This document shows, one piece after another, positions 1 through 9,720 of a stretch of DNA of 64,000 nucleotides (within the stretch, counting starts at the first letter, position 1; every line of letters starts with the position of its first letter). Source of the stretch: Calditrichales bacterium (lineage in GTDB: Bacteria; Calditrichota; Calditrichia; Calditrichales; J004); the NCBI GenBank assembly GCA_965267575.1, contig OZ254086.1:384001-448000 (forward strand). The letters run 5' to 3'. The notes below the pieces were generated by a model that had not been told where the DNA came from, ran no database searches, and saw only the letters and a program-made list of their open reading frames with translations. The position numbers were made by a program, and so were the translations under genes.

Positions 1-412
1 CCGCCAAAACGGAATGCGCCACCAATGTGGCCAGGCCACGGTCGGTATCCTCATCGCCGGTGTTAGGGTTGTAAAAGCCCATTTTCTGTGGCAGCTTGTA
101 CGCGTCGTTCAGGCCCTGCGGGAAAACGTCGCCTTCAATTTGCAGGCGCCCGTCAGATACCCAGTTGAAATAGTTTGCCGCAGCGATGATCTGATCTTTG
201 AAGTAGGTGCGGTCGTGTGGCGCGGGGTCAATAGCAAACGGCTCGGTAGTCACCGTATCAATCATGAATAAGCCGTTGCCGGTGGTCAGTTCATTGCTGT
301 CTTCCTGAAATTCCACGCGCAAAGCGGCAATGCGCAATGTGGTTGGAGTCTGGGCAAACAGGGACGGGACGAACGAAAAGAGCAGGAGCAGGAGCAGGTA
401 TTTTTTTATCAT
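1..412 (-). CDS. Secreted protein, N-terminal part only (runs off the left edge); resembles the N-terminus of M6/immune-inhibitor-A-type metalloprotease proteins
   Basis: Not in the ORF track. Hand translation from ATG at 412 gives MIKKYLLLLLLFSFVPSLFA-QTPTTLRIAALRVEFQEDSNELTTGNG...PHDRTYFKDQIIAAANYFNWVSDG. It has a signal peptide and is open to position 1. No catalytic motif lies inside the window. Confidence 0.6.
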   Translation of the reverse strand, partial: MIKKYLLLLLLFSFVPSLFAQTPTTLRIAALRVEFQEDSNELTTGNGLFMIDTVTTEPFAIDPAPHDRTYFKDQIIAAANYFNWVSDGRLQIEGDVFPQGLNDAYKLPQKMGFYNPNTGDEDTDRGLATLVAHSVLA

Positions 413-446
413 CAGAAAATCTGTTTAATCCTAATAGTACTTCCGC

Positions 447-484
447 AAAATAAGAAAGGGAAGTCCGGCGGGCGGGCTTCCCTT
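447..484 (-). terminator. Intrinsic terminator-like hairpin after porV
   Basis: Inverted repeat aagggaagtccg/cgggcttccctt at 456-484, followed on the minus strand by TCTTATTTT. Confidence 0.65.
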
Positions 485-493
485 AAACGGTTT

Positions 494-1585
494 TTAGAAT
501 TTGATGGATAACGAAAAACGCATTGTATCGGCCAGCGGGCTCTCTTCGTTGTCAGAGATATAGCCGAAGTCAAAGCCAAAAATATCATAAACGAGACCGG
601 CGCCAAAGGTCAGGAACTGGCGTCCGCCGTTGAAGGGCGGGTCGGCTTCATAAAAATAACCGGTACGCAGCGCGATCAGGTTGCCGTACCAGTATTCGGC
701 GCCAAAGCTGTGTGTTACTTCTTTCCAGCGTCTTTCCGCGTCACCTTTAACCCAGCTACTCCAGAGAGCGGCGGTCACAAAGTTCTCGGCCTTTGTGCCT
801 TCACGTCTGTAAAGCGGCTTTGTGGCGTCATAAATAAGTGTTATGCGATTGAATTCATCGTCCAGCACTTTATAGGCCAGACCTACACGCAGGTTGGTTG
901 GCAGCGGGTCGGCCTGAGCATCATCGTTATAAGCGACAGCCGGTCCAAAGTTGGAAAGGTTCGCGCCAACGCGCAGTTTGTTCTGAAAAATATCATAGTC
1001 CGGTTGCCACAATACGCCCAAATCAAGGGCGAAAGCCGTTGCCTGTCCGTTGGTCTGTTCGGCGCCCACCTGGATGTTTTGCGGTGCCAGGTTACTCTGG
1101 ATGATTTTAAGATTGACACCAAGACCTAGGTTTTCCTGCATCTTTGTAGAGTATGATAAGGTTATGGCGTATTCCTTCGCTTCAAAGTCGCCAAGGATAT
1201 TGCCGTTTTCGTCGGTATTAGTAATTTTGCCAAGGTTGAGGTAGGTAAGACTTGCGCCAAGCATACCCACATCTTCTACATAATAACGGGCAGCCAGGTA
1301 ATCATAAAACAGATCGTCAAAATTAAACTGGGGCAGCCATTTGGCATGCATCAGTGAAATTTCACCGGGCTTGTCCGTTTCGGGATCTTCATACTGGAAT
1401 GCCAGGCCTGCCGGGTTCCAGTAAATTGCTGTCGCGTCTGTGGCCAAAGCAACGCCGCCTTCGCCCATGCCGCCGGCTTTTGCGCCAGGGGCAATTTGCA
1501 GAAACTGGACCGCTGCCGTGCTCTGTGCCAATAGATTGGCGGAAAATGCCAATACAACTGCCATCGCCAATGATAAACGCTTCAT
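494..1585 (-). CDS. porV: PorV-family T9SS outer-membrane shuttle (FadL-like beta-barrel)
   Basis: Signal peptide; FLQIAPGAKAGGMGE, AIYWNPAGLAF and LPTNLRVG motifs; C-terminal Phe; AAGGAGG RBS. Confidence 0.88.
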   Translation of the reverse strand: MKRLSLAMAVVLAFSANLLAQSTAAVQFLQIAPGAKAGGMGEGGVALATDATAIYWNPAGLAFQYEDPETDKPGEISLMHAKWLPQFNFDDLFYDYLAARYYVEDVGMLGASLTYLNLGKITNTDENGNILGDFEAKEYAITLSYSTKMQENLGLGVNLKIIQSNLAPQNIQVGAEQTNGQATAFALDLGVLWQPDYDIFQNKLRVGANLSNFGPAVAYNDDAQADPLPTNLRVGLAYKVLDDEFNRITLIYDATKPLYRREGTKAENFVTAALWSSWVKGDAERRWKEVTHSFGAEYWYGNLIALRTGYFYEADPPFNGGRQFLTFGAGLVYDIFGFDFGYISDNEESPLADTMRFSLSIKF

Positions 1586-1600
1586 TTTCTAACCTCCTTA

Positions 1601-1650
1601 AAAATAAAAAACCGGTTAAATGGAAAGGCACCTTTCACACTTAACCGGTT
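1601..1650 (-). promoter_or_regulatory. Hairpin plus U-tract directly upstream of the porV RBS
   Basis: Minus strand reads AACCGGTTAA-GTGTGAAAGGTGCCTTTCCAT-TTAACCGGTT-TTTTATTTTT-AAGGAGG. Confidence 0.55.
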
Positions 1651-1852
1651 AATTCTCGGGCAGACATATTAAGCCGTTTGCTAAAGGTAGCGCTTTCCGC
1701 TATCGATTTTCAAAAATTCAACAGTAAAAACAATTCCTTTAACAAATGACTTATATGCTATGCTCCCAGTTTTTTGCAGGCCTTGAATATATAGATGCCT
1801 ATTTTGTATGTCAAGTCCTAAAAACGACGTCCCGCCTTTATAGTTCCGCTCT

Positions 1853-2248
1853 TCAAACGCCGCGTAAATGTCTTAATAATGCGCGTGGCGGACGTATCGC
1901 TTTATTCTCGGTATTCATAAATGTATGAAGTGAAAATCCTTCGCAGATTTTTTCATCCTTTTCATTCAAAACCACATACTCAAAACGAAATTTCGCACCG
2001 GACCCGGTCAGCTTCACTTCGATGGTCAGCAGATCATCGAACTGCGCGTAACGTATAAAACGCGCAAATACTTCCAGCACGGGCATCAGGTAGCCGTCTT
2101 TCTCTAGCCTGGCGTAAGAAAAGCCCTGCGCCTTCAGCAAATCTATGCGTGCATGTTCAAACCAGACAATGTAAGCCGAGTGATGAGCAAACTGCATCTG
2201 ATCCGTTTCGGCATAGCGAACACGAATCTGGCAGCGGTGAGTGATCAT
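1853..2248 (-). CDS. Acyl-CoA thioesterase, YbgC/4HBT family
   Basis: RVRYAETDQMQFAHHSAYIVWFEHAR hot-dog-fold motif; 131 aa. Confidence 0.88.
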   Translation of the reverse strand: MITHRCQIRVRYAETDQMQFAHHSAYIVWFEHARIDLLKAQGFSYARLEKDGYLMPVLEVFARFIRYAQFDDLLTIEVKLTGSGAKFRFEYVVLNEKDEKICEGFSLHTFMNTENKAIRPPRALLRHLRGV

Positions 2249-2253
2249 GCCGT

Positions 2254-3216
2254 CTATTCTTCCCAGGCGCCCATGACACTGAATTTTTTGTGGCGCTGTT
2301 CTATCAGCTTGTCCGGTGAAAGCGGCATAAGCTGCTTTAGTTGCTTTACAATCGCTTCTTTGACGTGTTTGGCGGACATCTCGTAGTCAACATGTGCCCC
2401 GCCCTGCGGTTCCTTGATCACCTCGTCGACGATCTTAAGTTTTTGCAGATCCGGCGCTGTTACCTTCATGGCCTCTGCGGCCTGCGGTGCTTTGGCGGCA
2501 TCGCGCCATAAAATCGCGGCACAACCTTCCGGACTGATTACCGAATACCATGAATTTTCCATCATCAGGATACGGTCGCCAACCCCGATACCAAGCGCGC
2601 CACCGGAAGCCCCTTCACCAATGATTACGCAAATGATTGGTACCGGAAGCCGGGCCATTTCCAGCAGGTTACGGGCAATAGCTTCCGCCTGACCGCGCTC
2701 TTCCGCACCAAGGCCCGGATAAGCGCCCGGCGTATCGATTAGCGTAAGTACCGGCTTGTTAAATTTCGCGGCCAGCTTCATAACACGCAGCGCTTTACGG
2801 TAACCCTCGGGATTCGACATCCCGAAATTGCGCATTAAATTGCTTTTAGTGTCGCGACCTTTTTGCTGGCCCACAACCACCAGAGAATATTTATCAATGC
2901 GTGCCAAGCCTGTAATTACGGCGTTGTCATTGGCAAAACAACGATCGCCATACAATTCTTCAAAATAATCCGTTATACGGTGGATATAGTCCAACGTGTA
3001 GGGGCGCTGGGGATGACGCGCCAGTTGCACGCGCTGCCATCGGGTAAGATTGGCATAGATCTGCTTGCGCAGCTCAGCCGCTTTGCGCTCCAGCCTTTTA
3101 ATGTCGTCATCCATGTTGATGCCGGTTTTGGCCGTGTAATCACGCATCTCGCTGATCTTTTCTTCCAGCTCAACAACCGGTTTCTCAAATTCCAGTACAA
3201 ATCGGGTTTGTGCCAT
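2254..3216 (-). CDS. accA: Acetyl-CoA carboxylase carboxyltransferase alpha subunit
   Basis: [52 protein letters not shown]. Confidence 0.97.
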   Translation of the reverse strand: MAQTRFVLEFEKPVVELEEKISEMRDYTAKTGINMDDDIKRLERKAAELRKQIYANLTRWQRVQLARHPQRPYTLDYIHRITDYFEELYGDRCFANDNAVITGLARIDKYSLVVVGQQKGRDTKSNLMRNFGMSNPEGYRKALRVMKLAAKFNKPVLTLIDTPGAYPGLGAEERGQAEAIARNLLEMARLPVPIICVIIGEGASGGALGIGVGDRILMMENSWYSVISPEGCAAILWRDAAKAPQAAEAMKVTAPDLQKLKIVDEVIKEPQGGAHVDYEMSAKHVKEAIVKQLKQLMPLSPDKLIEQRHKKFSVMGAWEE

Positions 3217-3225
3217 CGGATATCC

Positions 3226-3951
3226 TTACAGTTTTCCTGTCATTCCCATGAAACGAAGTTTCCAGATCATGAATACCGCCTCCCACATAATTTTTTTGGA
3301 AAGCTTGGAAACTCCATATACGCGGTCTATAAAAATAATAGGTATTTCCCGGATACGAAAACCTTTTTTCCAGGCGCGGTAACTCATCTCGATCTGGAAG
3401 GCGTAGCCGTTTGAACCAACCTGGCTGAAATCCAGCGCTTCCAGGACTTCGCGACGGAAGCATTTAAAGCCGCCCGTGGCATCCTGCACGGGCATACCGG
3501 TTATAACCCGCGTGTACACATTCGCAAAATAGCTGAGCAACAACCGCCGTAAAGGCCAGTTTACCACGTTTACGCCTTTAATGTAGCGCGATCCCAGTAC
3601 AAGGTCATAGTTCTCAATAGCCTCAAGAAACTTGGGAATTTCCTTGGGATCATGGGAAAAGTCAGCATCCATTTCAAAGATAAATTCATAGCCGCGGGCC
3701 AGCGCGTATTTAAATCCTGCCAAATAGGCACTGCCCAGCCCCATTTTGCCGGGACGCTCCAATAAATGAATATGCGGATTGTTTTCCTGCAAACCTTTAA
3801 CGATCTGCCCGGTCCCGTCAGGTGAATTATCATCCACAAACAGGATATGAACGTCCTTCTGGTAGCGGGCAATCTCCTGCACCAGCCGCGGAACGTTTTC
3901 TTTTTCGTTATAAGTGGGGACTATTATCAGGGCTTTGGATGCGTCAACCAT
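3226..3951 (-). CDS. Polyprenol-phosphate mannose synthase (Dpm1/Ppm1-like GT2)
   Basis: IVPTYNEKEN, VDDNSPDGT, EMDADFSHDP, DATGGFKCFRR, GYAFQIE. Start placed at ATG 3951; the ORF track extends to 3963. Confidence 0.88.
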   Translation of the reverse strand: MVDASKALIIVPTYNEKENVPRLVQEIARYQKDVHILFVDDNSPDGTGQIVKGLQENNPHIHLLERPGKMGLGSAYLAGFKYALARGYEFIFEMDADFSHDPKEIPKFLEAIENYDLVLGSRYIKGVNVVNWPLRRLLLSYFANVYTRVITGMPVQDATGGFKCFRREVLEALDFSQVGSNGYAFQIEMSYRAWKKGFRIREIPIIFIDRVYGVSKLSKKIMWEAVFMIWKLRFMGMTGKL

Positions 3952-4849
3952 TCTGGGCTTCACTCAATTTCTTTTTTAATCGTGTTAATCCGGATCCGAT
4001 ATCGCCCGGCTCCCAGTTGATCCTGTTAACCAGCTTATCTATCACAAATGTGGAGATCATCGGGCGCGGGGCTTTTTGCTGAAGACCGGAAGACATAATG
4101 CGTTCAATCAGGTTTTTATCCAGGTTAAATACTTCTGCTACCTTTCGCGCAAAATCGTAGCGGCTGGCCGTCTCCGACCCGCTGATGTGGAACAGCCCGT
4201 ACTCCCTGTTTTGGATGAGCTTGAGCAGGCTGACGCTCACGTCCTCGGCGTATGTGGGATTACCTATCTGATCGGCCACAACGCGAATCGGTTTTTTCTG
4301 GCTGAGCCGGCTTATCACCCAGGTGGCAAAATTAAGCCGCACATCGCGTGCAAAGCCATATAAAACCTGCGTGCGCGCTATAATGTGCTCCAGGGCTGAT
4401 GAACTGACAATGTTTTCAGCAGCCATTTTACTGCGCGCGTAGTAGCCCAGCGGGTTAACATCATCCTGCTCGCGATAGTCCCCTTTTGTGCCATCAAAGA
4501 CATAGTCCGTTGAAATTTGCACAAACAACGGCTTAAAATCCTGCACCACGTCTACAATATTCTCAACCCCGCGGACGTTGGTGTTCCAGCATAACTCTTT
4601 TTCTTCTTCACTGCCGTCCACATTCGTATAGGCGGCGGCGTTGATAATAATTTCCGGTTGCACATCCGTAAGCAGATCGCTCATCTGCTGGCGGCTTATC
4701 ATATCCACCTGGCGGTATTCCACCTCTTTCTGCAAAAATTTTGGCCCGGCCGAACGTGACGAGGCGATCACCGAAAAATGCGGTGCAAAGTGTTCCACCA
4801 GGTTTTGCCCCAGCAGACCATTGGCACCAAATATCAGCAGCTTCTTCAT
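3944..4849 (-). CDS. rfbD: dTDP-4-dehydrorhamnose reductase
   Basis: GANGLLG Rossmann motif, NAAAYTNVD, ISTDYVFDG, YARSK (YxxxK), DQIGNPT. Confidence 0.92.
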   Translation of the reverse strand: MKKLLIFGANGLLGQNLVEHFAPHFSVIASSRSAGPKFLQKEVEYRQVDMISRQQMSDLLTDVQPEIIINAAAYTNVDGSEEEKELCWNTNVRGVENIVDVVQDFKPLFVQISTDYVFDGTKGDYREQDDVNPLGYYARSKMAAENIVSSSALEHIIARTQVLYGFARDVRLNFATWVISRLSQKKPIRVVADQIGNPTYAEDVSVSLLKLIQNREYGLFHISGSETASRYDFARKVAEVFNLDKNLIERIMSSGLQQKAPRPMISTFVIDKLVNRINWEPGDIGSGLTRLKKKLSEAQNG

Positions 4850-4883
4850 GTGAGATTAAGTCCATCCATGTTGAAAAATTTTA

Positions 4884-4912
4884 AATTTAAAGAAATAGCC
4901 AAAACAGCGCAA
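4884..4912 (-). promoter_or_regulatory. Putative sigma70-type promoter for rfbD
   Basis: TTGCGC-N17-TAAATT. Confidence 0.45.
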
Positions 4913-4940
4913 TGAAGTCCAAAAACGCTTTTGCCCTGAC

Positions 4941-5981
4941 CTAATTTTCTTCAGCCTCGTCAGCAAAGCGAAAAGTTGATGCAATCACTTCAAGCTGGTC
5001 GAGAAAAGGCTTTTTCTTTTTGTCGGGCGCCATTACCGCTATATCGAGCATATAAAAAGCGTTTTCATCCGGCTTGTGGATGGCGTACATACGAAAAGGT
5101 CCGCCCACAAACAGAGAATCGTTTTTCCAGGTGCCCACCATTTTGCGTGTTCTTTCACCGTGAAAATCAACGATCGATACATAGCTTTCTTCGGTTACTA
5201 CGGAATCACCGGCATAATATTTATAGGTCATAGCATTCCTGATGGCTATCAGGCTGTCCTTGGTCAGCATACTGCTGTCTGCCTCCACACGCCAGATAGA
5301 AAGCCAGCGGTCCGGGTTTATGCGCCTTAGCCAGACATACTTGTTCTCCGGGTTTTGTGTAGCCAGAAAATAGTCGTGTTGTACGCGCACGGCGTAGCCG
5401 TATTCGGAGGCCAGGTACTCTTCCATATCTTCCTGTTCGGCCCTTTCGTACATGCTTTTCTTCAGCCGGGCAAAATACTTTTCTTCAAATGTATTGTAGA
5501 TTTCATCCTTGACCCGTTGAAAATTGCCGTTGAACTCTGCGGCTGTCGGCGCCATCATGAACATGGCAATCTGCCCGCGGGCAAAAAGGTCATCCTGGAA
5601 AAAATAGAAAGCGCGGTTTTGATTTACCTGGTCGATAAACTGCTGCGGCAGGCTTTGCAACAGGTAGTCATTCACTTCAGTGCCGGGCTGCGTAGTGCCT
5701 ACAAACAAAATATTCATGCGCTCATTAAGCCCGTTAAGATCGGATAAGGGATGCCATTGCAGCTCAAAGCGCCTTTCCGCGCGCGGGGTGTAGATAAAAT
5801 TGTTAAAGGTAAGTTCCACATCTTTGCCCACCTGCTCCCACAAAACAGAGTCGGCAAACACATAAATGCCATCAGGCACACCGAGTGCCTCAGGTTTATA
5901 ATCGCACGCGAAGCCGGTTAACAGTATGAGCAGCAGGCCGGTTAGGCCGGTTTTAGAAATCTTCTTTAATGGCTTTAACAT
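4941..5981 (-). CDS. DUF4837-like lipoprotein
   Basis: From ATG 5981: signal ending in a GFAC lipobox; C-terminal GTWKNDSLFVGGPF...APDKKKKPFLDQLE pattern typical of DUF4837. Confidence 0.7.
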   Translation of the reverse strand: MLKPLKKISKTGLTGLLLILLTGFACDYKPEALGVPDGIYVFADSVLWEQVGKDVELTFNNFIYTPRAERRFELQWHPLSDLNGLNERMNILFVGTTQPGTEVNDYLLQSLPQQFIDQVNQNRAFYFFQDDLFARGQIAMFMMAPTAAEFNGNFQRVKDEIYNTFEEKYFARLKKSMYERAEQEDMEEYLASEYGYAVRVQHDYFLATQNPENKYVWLRRINPDRWLSIWRVEADSSMLTKDSLIAIRNAMTYKYYAGDSVVTEESYVSIVDFHGERTRKMVGTWKNDSLFVGGPFRMYAIHKPDENAFYMLDIAVMAPDKKKKPFLDQLEVIASTFRFADEAEEN

Positions 5982-6936
5982 CTTTAAGTCCTTTGCTTTT
6001 ACGTTGTACTGCAAAAAGCACCGCTCCCCACAAAGAAATGACCATGGGGACAATCACATTCAATAAAGCCAGGCTGATTGAGGCCGCGGAAGAGACGCCC
6101 ATTTTACCCAGCAAAAACACAAAGCCACCGTCACGCAAACCCAGCCCGTTGATGGATGGCAGCATGGTTAAAAGAAACGTAACCGGCACCACAAGAAAAA
6201 GATAGAGCAGCTCCACTTCGATGCGCAAGGCCAGGCACAGCGCGTAATTCATCAGCACGATGGCGGCCTGCGAGAGCACGGAAAGAAAAAAGACCCAAAC
6301 GAAAACGCGGCGCCGGTCGCGCAGAAAATGCATCGCTTCAATCAGTTTGTTGATTTTTTCGCCCAGGTTGAGCAGGGTAAATTTGTCAAAAATGCGCAGC
6401 AGCCACAAAACCGGACGTTCCCGCGTTATCATCACAAAAAAAGTAATAATGGCAATTAACAAAAAGACAGAGACGAGGAGAATGCGCTGATCCTGGAAAT
6501 AATGCGAGACGTAATAAAGTGATGTGATTGCCAGAAACAGGGTGGCCGCAATACCCATGATGCGTTCGATGATCACGGAAGCGAAAGCAGCGGTTCGATT
6601 GTCCGAATCGGCGGCGGCGCTATATATGCGGACAATATCACCGCCGATACTGGTGGGCAGAAAGTTGTTAAAAAACAATCCGACGAGGTAAAAGCCATAA
6701 AGCCGGGAGGATGAAATCCCCACTTCATATTGATGTAGCAGACTTCGCCAGCGCACGGTCATCAGACCAATACTGACCATGGTTATCGCTATCGCCAGCA
6801 ACAGGAAGGGCAGGCCCTCGCTGCGGATGACATTACCAAGCACATTTACAATCTGCTGCGGATCCGACGTGATAACCAGGTAGCCAAGCAACCCGACCGA
6901 TATGAGCACCTTGGCCAGATTTTTTAACCAACGCAT
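5953..6936 (-). CDS. Lysylphosphatidylglycerol-synthase TM-domain / UPF0104 flippase-like membrane protein
   Basis: Polytopic; RWRSLL, FFNNFLPTSIGGDIVR, LPSINGLGLRD. Confidence 0.85.
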   Translation of the reverse strand: MRWLKNLAKVLISVGLLGYLVITSDPQQIVNVLGNVIRSEGLPFLLLAIAITMVSIGLMTVRWRSLLHQYEVGISSSRLYGFYLVGLFFNNFLPTSIGGDIVRIYSAAADSDNRTAAFASVIIERIMGIAATLFLAITSLYYVSHYFQDQRILLVSVFLLIAIITFFVMITRERPVLWLLRIFDKFTLLNLGEKINKLIEAMHFLRDRRRVFVWVFFLSVLSQAAIVLMNYALCLALRIEVELLYLFLVVPVTFLLTMLPSINGLGLRDGGFVFLLGKMGVSSAASISLALLNVIVPMVISLWGAVLFAVQRKSKGLKDVKAIKEDF

Positions 6937-6940
6937 CTGC

Positions 6941-9592
6941 TTATTCTTCTTGGTTCATCCGCCTTTTCAACATCTGCAGCATTCTGTTTGCTTCGCTGTC
7001 CGCAGGATTCATCTTAAGCCATCTTTCAAGTGCGCTGATTGCCTTTTCGGTCTCGCCGCTCATTTCGTAGGCGGTGATCATTCCGCCCAAAAGATCGGGA
7101 TTGTCGGGCATGTTTCCGGCGGCCTTTTCAAATAGCTGGGCGGCCCGGTCAAATTCATTTATACCCAACAAATACCGCCCAATGGACGCAATATGCCGCT
7201 GGTTGGAGGGATTGTCGATTACGGTCCCGATGTGGCTGGTATCAACGGCGATCTTAAAAGCGTTGTAATAGTTGCGTAAAACGCTGTTGGTCCATGGAAT
7301 GGTTTCCGCGGGCATTTGGGCATCCAGGCTATCCAGAACCGTCGCCAGTTTGTCTTTATTGCGCTCGAAGCGGGCATAATATTCTGCTAGTTGTATAAAG
7401 CCTGTGCGGTAATTCTGCAATAAACCGACGATACTGGGATTAAAATAAACATCCGGATTGTCAAGGTTGCGATATTGATAGCGCTCCAGGAGATTCAGTT
7501 GCAGCATATCGGGGCCGACATCCCAGTTTTTAAACGGCACCAGTCTCAGAACCAGCCCTTCCATGCGCATGTAATTGGAGAGCTCACCCACCAGGTTGGA
7601 TTGCGGAACGGTTGTGGCAAAATAAACCGGCTTCGTCCAGCGGTTGGCGGTAAGAATATTAAGAATCATGTAATCCTGCGTGCGCAGCAGATTGTATTGC
7701 TGGAAGCGGATGGTAGGCGGCACCTTAAAGGTAATTTCCGTCGGGAGATTCATGATATTGACGCTGCTGAAATTTTCCTTGTACTGGCGCAGCGCGCTGT
7801 CCGCGACGGACTGCGGCACTTTCAGCGAAACCTCCTGCTCCTGCCAGGGCACGGGACGGATTTGTCCCAGCATGGCGTCGCTGACGCGCATAGGCACTTT
7901 GGGCTCCATATCACGCAACTGTTCGATATACCAGTCGGTGTTGAGCAGGCTAAGGTTGACGATGCGGATATCCGTACGGATGCCTTCTACTTCCTGCAGG
8001 TACCAGAGCGGGAAGGTATCGTTATCACCATTCGTGAACAGAATGGCGTTGGGCTCACAGGATTGCAGCATATTGTAGGAATAATCCCAGGCTACGAAAT
8101 TGCCGCTGCGATCGTGAATTTCATAATTCTTGGCCATCATGTTGACCGGGCTGATAACAAGCAGCACAACGAGCACTCCTGCCATGACCGGGGCTGCCAG
8201 TGCTTTTGTCTTGTCTTTCATAAAATCGCGAATCAGGTCAATGGTGCCGGCAAAACCTAAACCGATCCAGATGGAGAAGGCGAAGAAGCTTCCCACATAA
8301 CTGTAGTCCCTTTCACGCGGCTGTGGATCGGGTTGGTTCAGATACAAAATAATTGCGAGGCCCGTGGCAAAGAATAAGGCCAGCACCGAGAGCGCGTGCT
8401 TGGGATCGCGCCTGAAATGAAAGATCATACCAATCAGACCCAGCAAAAAAGGAATCCCGTAAAAATTAAAATTATGCCAGCTGCCGGTGTCCTCGTTAAA
8501 GCCGACAAACTGCCACATGAAGTAGCGGATGTACATGTGGTTAACCTGATAGCTCCAGAAGAAGTCCCAGGTGGAGCTGTACTGATTGCCGTTTGGCGAG
8601 CTTTGCCATACACCGCGACGATCCATGAAGTCGTGTTCGCCGTACTGCTCGCGGTTGATATACTTCATGAAATTTTCAACGTTCTCGGGATTGTTTTCGT
8701 CGATGTTGGGATCCAGGCCGGAACGGATATAGATGGTGCCGTAGCTGGAATAGCCGATCATGATCAGTGTGATGGAGAGAAAAATAAAGCTAAGCAGGTG
8801 GCGGTGGTTGGCAACGGCCCACCAGGCAACGCCGGCAAAAAGGGCAAAAACAAGAAACAACGCGAAAAAGCTGATTTCTGCGACATGCGGCAAATGCTTT
8901 ACAATACCGGGATATATGGTAAACATTATCACAACTGTGATGGCCACCATGATGCCAAAGGTGCGCGGTGTAAAGGTATAGCGCTTGTAATAATAGATCA
9001 TCGCTACGAACGGCAGCGCCAGTACGTTGAGCAGGTGCACGGCAATGGCCAGACCGATCAGGTAGGAGATCATCAGCAGGTATTTTTCGTTGTTTGTTTC
9101 GTTGGATTTTTCAGCCCATTTGAGAGACAGCCAAACCAGCAAAGCGGTAAACAGCATAGAGGGTGCATACACTTCCGCTTCCGAAGAGTTAAACCAGAAG
9201 CTGCGGGTAAAAGCGTAAGTAAGCGAACCAAGAATGCCGGAAAACACGGCCAGCATCCAGTCTTCTTTTGTTTCCAGCTTGCCCTTCCATTCACGCACCA
9301 GATGTACAATGACCAGGTAAAGCAGCATGATCGTGATAGAGCTGGAAAGAACGGAAATCATGTTGACACGGAAAGCTATATCTTCATGGAAAGGCAACAT
9401 CGAGAAAATACGGCCCACAAGCAGGTATAGCGGCGCTCCCGGAGGATGGGGTACTGCCATTTTGAAGCTGGTGGCAATAAACTCGCCGCAGTCCCAGAAC
9501 GAAACCGTGGGAGCTACCGTCATTGTGTAGATAATCGTTGTAAATACAAAAATGGCCGCGGCCGTCACGCGGTTAATCTGATTCCAATTCAT
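6941..9592 (-). CDS. DUF2723 / TMEM260-like GT-C membrane glycosyltransferase with C-terminal TPR
   Basis: APTVSFWDCGEF, VPHPPGAPLYLL, EAEVY, QPRERDYSYVGSF, FTNGDNDTFPLWY; multiple TM helices; TPR-like C-terminus. Confidence 0.88.
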   Translation of the reverse strand: MNWNQINRVTAAAIFVFTTIIYTMTVAPTVSFWDCGEFIATSFKMAVPHPPGAPLYLLVGRIFSMLPFHEDIAFRVNMISVLSSSITIMLLYLVIVHLVREWKGKLETKEDWMLAVFSGILGSLTYAFTRSFWFNSSEAEVYAPSMLFTALLVWLSLKWAEKSNETNNEKYLLMISYLIGLAIAVHLLNVLALPFVAMIYYYKRYTFTPRTFGIMVAITVVIMFTIYPGIVKHLPHVAEISFFALFLVFALFAGVAWWAVANHRHLLSFIFLSITLIMIGYSSYGTIYIRSGLDPNIDENNPENVENFMKYINREQYGEHDFMDRRGVWQSSPNGNQYSSTWDFFWSYQVNHMYIRYFMWQFVGFNEDTGSWHNFNFYGIPFLLGLIGMIFHFRRDPKHALSVLALFFATGLAIILYLNQPDPQPRERDYSYVGSFFAFSIWIGLGFAGTIDLIRDFMKDKTKALAAPVMAGVLVVLLVISPVNMMAKNYEIHDRSGNFVAWDYSYNMLQSCEPNAILFTNGDNDTFPLWYLQEVEGIRTDIRIVNLSLLNTDWYIEQLRDMEPKVPMRVSDAMLGQIRPVPWQEQEVSLKVPQSVADSALRQYKENFSSVNIMNLPTEITFKVPPTIRFQQYNLLRTQDYMILNILTANRWTKPVYFATTVPQSNLVGELSNYMRMEGLVLRLVPFKNWDVGPDMLQLNLLERYQYRNLDNPDVYFNPSIVGLLQNYRTGFIQLAEYYARFERNKDKLATVLDSLDAQMPAETIPWTNSVLRNYYNAFKIAVDTSHIGTVIDNPSNQRHIASIGRYLLGINEFDRAAQLFEKAAGNMPDNPDLLGGMITAYEMSGETEKAISALERWLKMNPADSEANRMLQMLKRRMNQEE

Positions 9593-9645
9593 GAACGGGT
9601 ATTCCTTTTAGAATAATACATCAGGTTCGTTGGTAAAAGAAGATA

Positions 9646-9674
9646 AAGCTACAGCATCCGCTAAATCATAGCAA
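9646..9674 (-). promoter_or_regulatory. Putative sigma70-type promoter for the DUF2723 gene
   Basis: TTGCTA-N17-TAGCTT. Confidence 0.4.
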
Positions 9675-9720
9675 CCTTTTTAGGTTTACTTACCGTCAAA
9701 ACACCATAAACAGCGCCGAC

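Noticed and set aside
7475-9430. Long plus-strand ORFs (261 aa and 344 aa), and similar ones at 22379..23194, 24494..25360 and 37222..37911
   Set aside because: They lie antisense to well-supported genes and show no recognisable motifs, so they are best explained as shadow ORFs.
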